64,000 bases of DNA, from assembly GCA_965248435.1 (NCBI GenBank), contig OZ252100.1, forward strand, positions 2,656,001-2,720,000. The letters run 5' to 3'. The notes under the pieces are model-generated. The model searched no databases and had not been told where the DNA came from. It worked only from the letters and a program-made list of their open reading frames with translations. Below, in pieces: positions 31,602-41,302 of this stretch (the stretch's first letter is position 1; the number at the start of each line of letters is the position of its first letter). A program made the translations under genes and the position numbers. The stretch comes from Candidatus Latescibacterota bacterium. Its GTDB lineage: Bacteria; Latescibacterota; UBA2968; GCA-2709665.

Positions 31602-32309
31602 CTACTTCTCCTCTACCCGCACCGTGATTCTTACGGCGTAGATATTGAAGTGTGCATCCAGCCACCATTCTTCTCCCGTTCCGGCCTGGACCACTTCATT
31701 CGCGACCTTGATCCCCTTGCCTGGCATGCTGATATGCGGGTCGAGCTGTCCGTAGCCCATCACGGTGATCTTGCTGCAGTCAGGGAGTTCGAAATGCGCG
31801 CAAACGAGTCCAGAATGCCTGTTCCCCGTGTCGAACGCGTCGCTGGCACCCCACCCCATCAGGTGCTCACCCCAGAGGTCGTTCACTTTGAAGCGAACAC
31901 CGGGACGCGCCAGGTTCCACTCCAGAGGCTCGCCGTAAAGCAGTATCGTCGCGGGAGGAATGCAGGGGCTCCCGATCACATCCACACCGATGATCGGCTC
32001 CTTCTCTTCGATCGTCAGCGCGCTGAAAGGCGGCAGATCCATCTCCATGCCTTCCGGATGCGGACCCGTTCCCGTGTCCTCTCGCCCCAGCTCGCAGTTG
32101 CAGTTGGGATATTGGAACGGAGCGAGGTACTCGTGTTCCCTCCTCGTGTAGACCCGCCGCGTCTGCTCGATCCCTTCCCTCGCGATCCGCTGAATCTCGC
32201 GCTCCTTGGGTGTCATCTTCCCGAGCTCAGGGCGATCCGGGTTGTGAATGCGCACGCGATCCGGCTTGTCCTTGTGAGACTTTAGCGGTGCAAGTGCAAC
32301 AGTGCCCAT
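31602..32309 (-). CDS. Hypothetical protein (235 aa), tandem paralog copy B
   Basis: GGAGG RBS before ATG at 32309; differs from 32411-33118 at about 29/235 residues, with many synonymous changes. Confidence 0.85.
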   Translation of the reverse strand: MGTVALAPLKSHKDKPDRVRIHNPDRPELGKMTPKEREIQRIAREGIEQTRRVYTRREHEYLAPFQYPNCNCELGREDTGTGPHPEGMEMDLPPFSALTIEEKEPIIGVDVIGSPCIPPATILLYGEPLEWNLARPGVRFKVNDLWGEHLMGWGASDAFDTGNRHSGLVCAHFELPDCSKITVMGYGQLDPHISMPGKGIKVANEVVQAGTGEEWWLDAHFNIYAVRITVRVEEK

Positions 32310-32410
32310 GACTTGCCTCCCTTGTATGTTCATCCGGGAAATCCGTGCCCGATTCTCGAGCCCGTAGAACTTTACGGCTTATGGAATATGATATGGATCT
32401 TACAGCCGCC

Positions 32411-33118
32411 TCACTTCTCCTCAGCTCGCACCGTGATCCTTACCGCGTAGAGATTGAAGTGTGCATCCATCCACCAATTCTCTCCCGACCCGGATTCAAC
32501 ACTTTCATGCTCGAGCTTGGTCCCTTTGCCCGGCATACTGATATGGGGGTCGAGCTGCCCATAGCCCATCACGGTGATTTTGCTGCAGTCGGGCATGTCG
32601 AAGTGTGCGCTAACGAGGCCGGAATGCCGGTTCCCCGTGTCGAACTTGTCACTTGCGCCCCACCCGTAGAGGTGCTCTCCCCATAGGTTGTTCACTTTGA
32701 ATCGCACCCCAGGTCGCGCCAGATTCCACTCCAGAGGCTCCCCGTAGAGCAGTATCGTTGCCGGCGGAATGCAGGGACTCCCGATCACGTCCACACCGAT
32801 GATCGGTTGTTCCTCTTCGATCGTCAGCGCACTGAAGGGCGGCAGATCCATCTCCATGCCTTCCGGATGCGGACCCGTGCCGGTTTCCTCTCGTCCCAGC
32901 TCACAGTTGCAGTTCGGATATTGGAACGGAGCGAGGTACTCGTGTTCCCTCCGCGTGTAGACCCGCCGGGTTTGCTCGATCCCCTCCTTCGCGATCCGCT
33001 GGATCTTGCGCTCCAAGGGTGTCATCTTCCCGAGCTCGGGGCGATCCGGGTTGTGAATGCGTACGCGGTCTGGCGTGTCCTTGTGTGGCTTTAAGCGTGT
33101 GGGTGCAACAGTGCCCAT
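32411..33118 (-). CDS. Hypothetical protein (235 aa), tandem paralog copy A
   Basis: GAGGAG RBS; conserved His/Cys/Met-containing motifs; no family I recognise. Confidence 0.85.
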   Translation of the reverse strand: MGTVAPTRLKPHKDTPDRVRIHNPDRPELGKMTPLERKIQRIAKEGIEQTRRVYTRREHEYLAPFQYPNCNCELGREETGTGPHPEGMEMDLPPFSALTIEEEQPIIGVDVIGSPCIPPATILLYGEPLEWNLARPGVRFKVNNLWGEHLYGWGASDKFDTGNRHSGLVSAHFDMPDCSKITVMGYGQLDPHISMPGKGTKLEHESVESGSGENWWMDAHFNLYAVRITVRAEEK

Positions 33119-33180
33119 AACCTTCTCCTCTCTGTTGACATACGATTAGCTCAAACGAGACAGCGAAATCAATCTATGCA

Positions 33181-33200
33181 TTTGCGAAAGCTATCGCAAA
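33181..33200. promoter_or_regulatory. Palindrome TTTGCGA-N6-TCGCAAA (CRP/FNR-family-like operator)
   Basis: Perfect 7-bp inverted repeat with 6-nt spacer, 63-82 bp upstream of the 33118 start. Confidence 0.55.
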
Positions 33201-33261
33201 CCAATCTTCGTCTAACGTGAACCGCAGGTGCCAGATTCCATTTCTGAAAGGCAAGTCGCCT

Positions 33262-35868
33262 TCAATAACCCAGTTCTCGGAGACGGTCCTGGGACCCCTG
33301 GTGTTCAGAGTCAATTACCGACTCATAAATGGCCTTTGCTTGGTCCACCTTCCCCAACATTTCAAATGCCTTTCCGATGTTGAAATACTCATTCTGATAG
33401 ATCGTATCTGTTGCATCTCCCTCGACCGCAATTCGTATTGCCCTGTAGGCCTCATCCATATCCCCCAGACGCCGATGGATCTTTGCAAGCACGAACCACG
33501 CTTCATATTCTTCGACATCGATGGAGACCAGCTTACCCATCACATCGCCTGCTTCTTTCAATCTACCCAGCTGTTCAAGGACTGTCCCCAAATTGAGGTA
33601 CGCCAGAACAAAGTCAGGTTGAATCTCTATGGCCTTTTGAAAGACAGCGATCGCATCGTCGTATTTATTCCCTTCGAGAAATACTAAGCCCAAGTTAAAA
33701 AATACCAAGGACTTGACGCTTTCCGGCACCCGATCGGCGACCTCTCGATAGATTTCCTCGGCGCGGTCTAGTTGTCCCGTTTCTTTCATCAGGGACCCCA
33801 TGCGATGGAGATCTCCTAAGGATTCTGGAACGATCTCCAGCACACGTTCCATATGGTAGGCAGCCTCTTGATACCTGCCTGAATTCTCGAACCGTCGCGC
33901 CAAACCCCGATGGGCGGGCATGAAGTAAGGATGGAGACCGAGTGCTTTCTGGTAGAACGAAGTCGCATCCTCGTATCGGCCCAGATTTTCGTAGCTCGTT
34001 GCAATATCTGTATAGAGCCCGGCACTGGGCGGCCCAAGCCGAAGCGCGGCACTAAGATGATTCAATGCCAGATCATACTGCTTCGACTCCAGGTAGAGGG
34101 CTCCCGTTACCTTGTGTAGCGAAACGTTCTGGGGATCTACCTCCAACCCTTTTCTATAGGCCTCAAGGGCCCACTCCTTCTTGTCCGCCTTTTCATAGAG
34201 AAACCCCTTGTGAAGGTTCCGATAAACGCTCGAGCCAGAAAAAAAAGGATCGCCTCGATAGCTGCTGTCCGGACGAATGACATACAACAGTGGGGCACCC
34301 TGAGTCCGGACCGTATGTATGATTTCGCCCGGAAGAACGGTATGTCCCTCCAGGCGGGTTGTAATGAGATATAGGTCTGCTTGGAAGGGATTTTCGACGT
34401 ACTCAAACCCCCGTGGGTCAAGCAAATGCTGCGTGCTAGAGGCACCACTGGCGATACGGGGCAGCCTTGTCAGCCCCAGATCCCGAATGAGATCGGCATA
34501 GTGGGTATCGATCCATCGAACACCCTGCTTATAGCTATTATCCCAGTAATCCGTCTCATAACGGGTCCACGCCTTTTCGATACCTCCGGCAAAGAGATGG
34601 TTGAAATACACGTATTGATTCGGGTGCATCGAAACCATCTCCCAAAGGGTTAGCAATAGACAACTTCCAGAGAGTAGTGCGGTGCCATAGCCCTTCCAGC
34701 CCTTGAGTCTACGAACACACTCACGGGTTCCAATCGCGCTGAGAACCGCGAGCGGCGGAACAACAAATAGGATGTGACGAATGCCGTCATAGAGCGGTGT
34801 CTGGGCTACCACGACGTAGCATATTGGAAACACTGCGCCGAAAACCAAGACTCCCCGCTCGAGGGCGGGCACGCTGCTGGCCTTCCAGGGCCAGGTCCAC
34901 CAGGCAGCAATCGCGCCCAGAACAAGGCCGATCAGCAGAAATTCGGGAAGTGTGATGAGCAACCATTTGGGGGCGTAGTACCAGGGAAACTCACTGGCTT
35001 CTACAAATCGTCCCTCAAAAAAAACCGGAGAGACGGTCGGAAAGCCTGAAAAGACCCTTAGCGCCTTCCAGGGGTGAACCAGCGGATTGATCTGGGCCCA
35101 GGGCCAGAACGCGAGCATAACAACGTAGGCGCCCAGGAAAATAGACACCGTCTGAATAGCGAATGATGCGCCCAGATCCAGGAATGCCCTCCTGCTCTTC
35201 AGGAGGCCGGCCTGGACATATTTGATTATGAAAGATACGAGCAGAGGTACCCACAGAATCACTCCACCGATACGAATCCCCATAGTGATTCCGATCGCCA
35301 AGGCGGTCTTGCAGATCCAGCTGCGAGGCAGGTCGGGTAGACGGCCGACGCTCCGGATCAGAAAATAGAGACTCCACAAATAGGAAACCGCGAACGGGAT
35401 GTCCTTATGATTGTTGAACGCGTGGCCATAATATCTTGGGGTCAGCATCAGAAACAACGCTGCCAGGCATCCGGCCCATGGTCCACCCAGATACCCGCCA
35501 AGTTTGTAGGCGGCAACGACACCCAGTAGCCCGACTCCGGCGTTGCACAGGTGGCGGGTGGGGAAAACGTTTAAAGGGGAGATCTTGCAGGCGATTGCCG
35601 TAAGCCCATCGTACCACCCTCCGTAGAGCCAGACATTTACCCGGCTGAAAGCCGCCCGGTCCTTAAATAGACTGGTATACCAGTTGAGAACGTAGAGTCC
35701 ATAGTCAACGTGGGAATGTTCGTCGGGTGTGATCCCGTAGTGGGTGTAGGTCATCAGGATCACAATTCCATAAGCCAACACCAGGAGTGTAAAACACCCC
35801 TGCCACAGCGGTATCTTATAGCCGAGGAAGTTAATCCGCATTTGGTCGTCGAGATGGAAATTCAGCAT
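33262..35868 (-). CDS. GT-C (PMT/ArnT-like) membrane glycosyltransferase with C-terminal TPR array, copy B
   Basis: GITPDE motif after TM1, PRYYGHAFNNHKD, YDGIRH, then many TPRs; start aligned to the paralog (MLN). Confidence 0.8.
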   Translation of the reverse strand: MLNFHLDDQMRINFLGYKIPLWQGCFTLLVLAYGIVILMTYTHYGITPDEHSHVDYGLYVLNWYTSLFKDRAAFSRVNVWLYGGWYDGLTAIACKISPLNVFPTRHLCNAGVGLLGVVAAYKLGGYLGGPWAGCLAALFLMLTPRYYGHAFNNHKDIPFAVSYLWSLYFLIRSVGRLPDLPRSWICKTALAIGITMGIRIGGVILWVPLLVSFIIKYVQAGLLKSRRAFLDLGASFAIQTVSIFLGAYVVMLAFWPWAQINPLVHPWKALRVFSGFPTVSPVFFEGRFVEASEFPWYYAPKWLLITLPEFLLIGLVLGAIAAWWTWPWKASSVPALERGVLVFGAVFPICYVVVAQTPLYDGIRHILFVVPPLAVLSAIGTRECVRRLKGWKGYGTALLSGSCLLLTLWEMVSMHPNQYVYFNHLFAGGIEKAWTRYETDYWDNSYKQGVRWIDTHYADLIRDLGLTRLPRIASGASSTQHLLDPRGFEYVENPFQADLYLITTRLEGHTVLPGEIIHTVRTQGAPLLYVIRPDSSYRGDPFFSGSSVYRNLHKGFLYEKADKKEWALEAYRKGLEVDPQNVSLHKVTGALYLESKQYDLALNHLSAALRLGPPSAGLYTDIATSYENLGRYEDATSFYQKALGLHPYFMPAHRGLARRFENSGRYQEAAYHMERVLEIVPESLGDLHRMGSLMKETGQLDRAEEIYREVADRVPESVKSLVFFNLGLVFLEGNKYDDAIAVFQKAIEIQPDFVLAYLNLGTVLEQLGRLKEAGDVMGKLVSIDVEEYEAWFVLAKIHRRLGDMDEAYRAIRIAVEGDATDTIYQNEYFNIGKAFEMLGKVDQAKAIYESVIDSEHQGSQDRLRELGY

Positions 35869-35930
35869 AGTCGCACAGACTTTAGAAATTTCAGATCTGA
35901 ATCGAGCCACCCCGTAGTCACCGGGCCATA

Positions 35931-38534
35931 CTACTCTTGAAGGGAGTCCTTTGATTGTCCGCGGTGAGGATTGGTCTTTGCGATCGAATTGAAGATGTCC
36001 TTTGCCTGATCGGTTCGGCCTTCCGCTTCATATGCTTTTCCGATATTGAAGTACTCGTCCCAGTAGTCGGCCTTTCCGGAATCTCCGTCGAGAGCGGCGC
36101 GTATGGCGTCGTGGGCTTTACCTGTACTTCCGAGAGCTCGATGGATCTTTGCCAGGGCAAACCAGGCTTCATTCCGTGCCGGTTCGAAAGACACCAGCTT
36201 AACCATTACCTCTTCTGCTTCTTTCAGCCTGCCCTGCCGTCCCAGGACTGCGCCCAGCGTCAGATATGCCCGGCCGAAGTCATGTCGAAGCCGTATGGCT
36301 TCTTCGAACTGGGCGATCGCCTCGTCATAGTCCTGCTTAGCCAAAAACACCAAGCCCAGGTTAAAGACTGCGGCGGCCTTGATCAGGTCCGGGACTCGTT
36401 CAACGATCTCTCGATAGATCTCCTCTGCTCGGTCCAGCTGACCCGTTTGCCTCATCAAGAATCCCAGGCGACGATAATCCTCTATAGATTCTGGAAGAAT
36501 CTCTAATACTTGCTCCACGTGATGAATGGCCTCTTTAAACCTACCCAATATCTTAAATCGTCGGGCCAAACCTCGATGGGCGGGCAAGAAATAAGGATGG
36601 TGGTCAAGTGCCTTGTGATAGAACGAGATCGAATCATCGTGCCGACCCAAACTGTCATAGCAAACGGCAACATTTGTATAGAGACGGGCGCTGGGAGGCC
36701 CCAGTCGAATCGCAGCATTGAGACGATCAAGCGCAGCATCATACTGCTTAGCATCCAGATAAACAGCCCCGGCCCGGGCAAGCAACGAAACGTTCCGGGC
36801 GTCCATCTCAAGCCCTTTTACATAGGCTGAAAGGGCCTCCTCTTTCTTTCCGGTCCTCTCGTAGAGCATTCCCAGATGCCCCATTCGGATTGCACTAGAA
36901 CCCGAAAAAACAGGGTCGTCTCGATAGCTGCTGTCTGGACGAATGATATACAACAGTGAGGCGCCTCGGGCCTCGATCGTGTGGATGATTTCGCCGGGAA
37001 CAACGGTGTGCCTTTCTCTCCCTATGGTGACCAAATACAAATCCGCCTTCCAGGGGTCTTCTACAAGCTCAAACCGGTCCGGGTGAAGCAAGAACCGAGG
37101 ATTCCCACCACTGCAGGCGATACGGGGTCTCCCGGGAAGATCAAGATCCAGGATGAGATCGACGTAGTGATTTTCAATCCATCGCACCCCTTGCTTGTAG
37201 GTGTTGTCCCAGTAATCCGTCTCATAGTGTCTCGAGGCTTCTTTGATACCTCCCGCAAAGAGTTGATTGAAATACAGGTATTGGTTCGGATGTAGCAACA
37301 CCATCTCCCGAGCTGTTTGCGCAAGCAGGACACCCGTAAGCAGCAAGAACCCATACTTCGTCCAACCCCTGAACCTCCCCACAAGCTCGCTGGCCCCCAC
37401 AGCACTAAGAACTGCCAGAGGAGGAACAACGAAAAGGAGATGCCGGAGACCGTCGTAGAGAGGGGTGCGGGTAACGACGACATAGCACAAGGGGAATACA
37501 GCACCGAAAATCAGAAGGCTGCGCGAAAGCGCCAGATTACCCGGATTCTTCCAGCGAATCCCGAAGGAAAGAACGACACCCGCAAGAAGACCCATCCACA
37601 GAAACTCCGGAAGCGTGATAAGCAGCCACCAGGGGGCATAATACCAAGGGAATTCGCTTCTCTCGACAAACTGACCCTCAAAAAAAATGGAAGTAAACGC
37701 AGGAAACTGAGAAAAGATCTTCAGTGCCTTCCAAGGATGGACCAACGGATTCGTCTGCGCCCACGGCCAAAACAGAAGCATAGAAATGTAGGCGATCCCT
37801 AAAATGGATCCGATCCGTATCGCAAACGAAGCGCCAAGTTCAAGTAATGCCCTACGATTTCCTAGCAGGGCGACCTGACAGTATCTGACCATGAAGAACA
37901 GCAACAGGGGCACAATTAAAATCGCCCCGCCGACGCGAATTCCCATCGTCAGCCCGATCGCCACACCAGTCTTCCAGATCCAGCCGAGAGGCAGGTCGGG
38001 CCAATGGCCGAGGCTCCGAATCAAACAATAAAGACTCCACAAATAACAAACCGCAAACGGGACGTCCTTGTGGTTGTTAAACGCGTGGCCAAAATACCTG
38101 GGCGTCAAAATCAAAAAGACCGCCGCCAGGCATCCCGCTGACCAGCCTCCCCCCAGATGCCGGCCCAGTTTGCCGGCCGCGATTACGCCAATCACCCCGA
38201 CTAGAGCGTTGCACAAATGACGCGTGTCGTATGGTGCCAGAGGTGATGTCTTCACCAGCAGGTAGGTCAGCGCATCGTACCAGCCTCCATAGAGCCAGAC
38301 ATTGGTCCGGCTGAAAATCGCCCGGTCCTGAAAGAAACTGGTATACCAGTTGACGACATGGAATCCGTATTCAACGTGGGACCCTTCGTCGGGCGTAATT
38401 CCATAGCGTGTGAACGTCAGCAGAATCACAACGACATAGGCCAACACCAGGAGGGTGAAACACCCCTGCCAGATCGGAACCTTGAAACCTTTAAGGTTGA
38501 TCTGCGAATATTCATCTAGCCGGATATTCAGCAT
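35931..38534 (-). CDS. GT-C membrane glycosyltransferase with C-terminal TPR array, copy A
   Basis: Collinear full-length homolog of the downstream gene with the same motifs. Confidence 0.8.
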   Translation of the reverse strand: MLNIRLDEYSQINLKGFKVPIWQGCFTLLVLAYVVVILLTFTRYGITPDEGSHVEYGFHVVNWYTSFFQDRAIFSRTNVWLYGGWYDALTYLLVKTSPLAPYDTRHLCNALVGVIGVIAAGKLGRHLGGGWSAGCLAAVFLILTPRYFGHAFNNHKDVPFAVCYLWSLYCLIRSLGHWPDLPLGWIWKTGVAIGLTMGIRVGGAILIVPLLLFFMVRYCQVALLGNRRALLELGASFAIRIGSILGIAYISMLLFWPWAQTNPLVHPWKALKIFSQFPAFTSIFFEGQFVERSEFPWYYAPWWLLITLPEFLWMGLLAGVVLSFGIRWKNPGNLALSRSLLIFGAVFPLCYVVVTRTPLYDGLRHLLFVVPPLAVLSAVGASELVGRFRGWTKYGFLLLTGVLLAQTAREMVLLHPNQYLYFNQLFAGGIKEASRHYETDYWDNTYKQGVRWIENHYVDLILDLDLPGRPRIACSGGNPRFLLHPDRFELVEDPWKADLYLVTIGRERHTVVPGEIIHTIEARGASLLYIIRPDSSYRDDPVFSGSSAIRMGHLGMLYERTGKKEEALSAYVKGLEMDARNVSLLARAGAVYLDAKQYDAALDRLNAAIRLGPPSARLYTNVAVCYDSLGRHDDSISFYHKALDHHPYFLPAHRGLARRFKILGRFKEAIHHVEQVLEILPESIEDYRRLGFLMRQTGQLDRAEEIYREIVERVPDLIKAAAVFNLGLVFLAKQDYDEAIAQFEEAIRLRHDFGRAYLTLGAVLGRQGRLKEAEEVMVKLVSFEPARNEAWFALAKIHRALGSTGKAHDAIRAALDGDSGKADYWDEYFNIGKAYEAEGRTDQAKDIFNSIAKTNPHRGQSKDSLQE

Positions 38535-38569
38535 CGTCGGACTGAGTCTCAAGGGGATTGTCCTGATAG

Positions 38570-39913
38570 TCAGAAAATCCAGACCGGAATTGATTCACCT
38601 CTTGAAATCACTTCCTCCATGAAGCAGCCCGTGTATGGGGTTGGATCCATCGCGTAGGTCATCTCTCCGTCTTCCAGCACGCGAGCCGCCAGAATATGGT
38701 GCCACTTTCCGTCCGAAAGCTGTACCGTCATCCCCGAAGGATGGTCGACCCGCCACGCCGATCCCCCCGGAGGCCGACCGAAATCCTTTGAGCCCTCTAT
38801 AACTACCATCGGCCGCTCCAGCCCGGTCCGATCCTCATTCAGCGGCCAGATGCACAGCGTCTCCCGTGTCCAACCCCCGCCGCGCAGTCGTCCCTCCGAA
38901 TCCGTTTTGGTCCTCGCCAGGCCTGCTGGATGCATAAAGACCTCATACAGATTCGCCGCAATGTAGGGTGTCCCATCAGCAGCCTGGTTCACGCTGATCG
39001 GCGTGGCTGACACCACCCCGCGAACGTGGATCACCTTTGTCCACACCTCTCCGCCCTCCTCCGAGCGCCAGACTCGGATGTCGTTATAGTCCGGCTCATC
39101 ACCTCCCCGGACGCTGAAAAGAAATGCCCCGTCCACGTCCCGAACTATGCTTGGCTCCTTCGAACGGTCCTCCCCCGTCACAGGCACGAACGAGACCGGG
39201 CGCCAGTCTTCACCCTCGCGACGCCACCGCACCACGCCGGTCCCCGAACCCCCGCCAGGTTTTCCTCCGGTCATGGCCAAGAGCAGATCGTCGCCATCAG
39301 CAATGGCATTCGTGATCCCGCTGTTTCCAATGCGCCAATCGGGTACCAGATCCCGCGTCCAAATGCGGTCCGTCTTGACGACCTGAAACCTTTCGCCGTC
39401 GAACGAGAACTGATGGACCTCGAAGTAAAAGTATGATTCCGATCCCGTACTCAGGTCAAGACTGTAGGGCGGAGGACCCGACTCTTTGACAGTCCAAGCA
39501 ATCACCAGGTCGATCCCGAATCCTGTACCGGCGTGAGGATGGGCAGACCCATCGGCACGCTTCGCGCCCAGCGGGACAAACCCGGCGCGTATCGGGTACT
39601 TGATCATGGTCGCGAGTTGTCCCGGAGGATCCGTGTTGGGATTCGGCTCGTCGTGGTTGCGCGTCACCTCTACCGCACTGTCGGCGGAAAGATTGGAGAG
39701 ATCGTCAAACAGAATTACATCCGTTCCATTCTCCCAGTCCACCCCCTTCATCTTCCCCTCCCGAAGGCTACAGATCAGGCCCGCCTTCCGCTCGGCCGCC
39801 TGAAACGGCAACCCCATTCCATAGACCAGCACCCTTCCGTGCGGCACGTGAGGGGGCACGCGAAAATCCACGCCACCCTTCGTGACTTCAACAATTCCTC
39901 TTTGACTTGCCAC
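38570..39913 (-). CDS. Hypothetical sialidase-like beta-propeller protein, copy B
   Basis: KEPS motif and Asp-box-like WRSEEGGEVW; GTG start with AAGGAG RBS; collinear with the upstream paralog. Confidence 0.7.
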   Translation of the reverse strand: MASQRGIVEVTKGGVDFRVPPHVPHGRVLVYGMGLPFQAAERKAGLICSLREGKMKGVDWENGTDVILFDDLSNLSADSAVEVTRNHDEPNPNTDPPGQLATMIKYPIRAGFVPLGAKRADGSAHPHAGTGFGIDLVIAWTVKESGPPPYSLDLSTGSESYFYFEVHQFSFDGERFQVVKTDRIWTRDLVPDWRIGNSGITNAIADGDDLLLAMTGGKPGGGSGTGVVRWRREGEDWRPVSFVPVTGEDRSKEPSIVRDVDGAFLFSVRGGDEPDYNDIRVWRSEEGGEVWTKVIHVRGVVSATPISVNQAADGTPYIAANLYEVFMHPAGLARTKTDSEGRLRGGGWTRETLCIWPLNEDRTGLERPMVVIEGSKDFGRPPGGSAWRVDHPSGMTVQLSDGKWHHILAARVLEDGEMTYAMDPTPYTGCFMEEVISRGESIPVWIF

Positions 39914-39928
39914 AGCTCCCTCCTTCAT

Positions 39929-41302
39929 CTAATTTCCATCCCTCTGAAAATTCCAGATCGGAATCGCCTCACCTTTTGAAATCACTTCCTCCAGGAAGCA
40001 GCCAGTGTAGGGCGTCGGATCCATCGCGTAGGTCATCTCCCCATCTTCGAGCACACGGAAGGCGAGAATATGGCGCCATTTCCCGTCCGAAAGTTGTACT
40101 GTCATCCCAGAGGGATGGTCGACCCGCCACGCCGAGCGCCCGGGCGGCCGGCCGAAATCCTTTGATCCTTCGATAACCACTATCGGCGGCTCCAATCCGG
40201 TCCGATCCTCGTTGAGTGGCCAGATGCACAGCGTCTCTCGCGTCCAGCCTCCTCCTCTCAGTCTCCCTTCCGGGTCCGTTTTGATCCTTGCGAGGTCTGC
40301 TCGACGCATGAAGACTTCGTACAGATTCGCCGCAATGAAAGGCGTACCGTCCGCGGCCTGGTTTATGCTGATCGGGGTACTCGACACCACATCGCGAACG
40401 TGGATTACCTTTGCCCACGCTTCTTCGCCATCCCCCAAGCGCCACACGCGGATGTCATTGTAGTCAGGCTCGTGACCTCCTCTCACACTGAAAAGAAGAG
40501 CTCCGTCCACGTCTCGAACCATGCTCGGCTCTTTCGACCCATCCTCCCCCGTTACTGAAGTGAACGAAACCGGACGCCAGTCTGCTGCCTCCCGGCGCCA
40601 CCTCACCACACCGGTCCCCGATCCCCCGTTCGGTTTCCCCCCGACCATGGAGAACAGCAGATCGTCTCCCTCTGGAATCGCGTTCGTGATTCCTATGTTC
40701 CCTATCCTCCAGCCAGGGATCAGATCCATCTCGGAAATCCGGTCCGTCTTCACGACCTGGAACGTCTCGTCCTCGCCGTCGTACGAGAACTGATGGAGCT
40801 CGAAGTATGAATACCGTTCCGATCCCTCCGAAAGGTCGAGGCTGTAGGGCGGAGAATCGTTCTTCTTGCTGCTCCACGCGTGGGCCCGGTTGATCCCGAA
40901 TCCCGTACCCGCGTGGGGATGGGCAGAGCCATCGACACGCTTCGCGCCCAGCGGAACGAATCCCGCGCGTATCGGGTACTTGATCATCGTCACCGTCTGT
41001 CCCGGAGGATCCGTGTTCGGATTTGGCTCCTCGTGGTTGCGCGTCACCTCCACCGCGTGGTCAGCAGAAAGATTGGAGAGATCGTCGAACAGGATGACAT
41101 CCGTCCCGTTCTCCCAGTCCACACCCGGCATTTTCCCCTCCCGAAGGTTGCAGATCAGGCCCGCCTTCCGCTCCGCCGCCTGAAACGGCAGTCCCATTGC
41201 GTAGACCAGTACTCTTCCCTCCGGCACGTGAGGGGGCACGCGGAAATCCGCGCCACCCTTCGTGACTTCAATGATACCTGCCGATCCATCATCTTCGGCC
41301 AT
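39929..41302 (-). CDS. Hypothetical sialidase-like beta-propeller protein, copy A
   Basis: AGGAGGT RBS inside the polB 3' end; highly similar to the downstream gene. Confidence 0.7.
   Translation of the reverse strand: MAEDDGSAGIIEVTKGGADFRVPPHVPEGRVLVYAMGLPFQAAERKAGLICNLREGKMPGVDWENGTDVILFDDLSNLSADHAVEVTRNHEEPNPNTDPPGQTVTMIKYPIRAGFVPLGAKRVDGSAHPHAGTGFGINRAHAWSSKKNDSPPYSLDLSEGSERYSYFELHQFSYDGEDETFQVVKTDRISEMDLIPGWRIGNIGITNAIPEGDDLLFSMVGGKPNGGSGTGVVRWRREAADWRPVSFTSVTGEDGSKEPSMVRDVDGALLFSVRGGHEPDYNDIRVWRLGDGEEAWAKVIHVRDVVSSTPISINQAADGTPFIAANLYEVFMRRADLARIKTDPEGRLRGGGWTRETLCIWPLNEDRTGLEPPIVVIEGSKDFGRPPGRSAWRVDHPSGMTVQLSDGKWRHILAFRVLEDGEMTYAMDPTPYTGCFLEEVISKGEAIPIWNFQRDGN

Noticed and set aside
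31602-33118. Diversity-generating retroelement (TR/VR pair)
   Set aside because: Both copies are full genes, the differences are mostly synonymous and not adenine-specific, and no reverse transcriptase is in the window.
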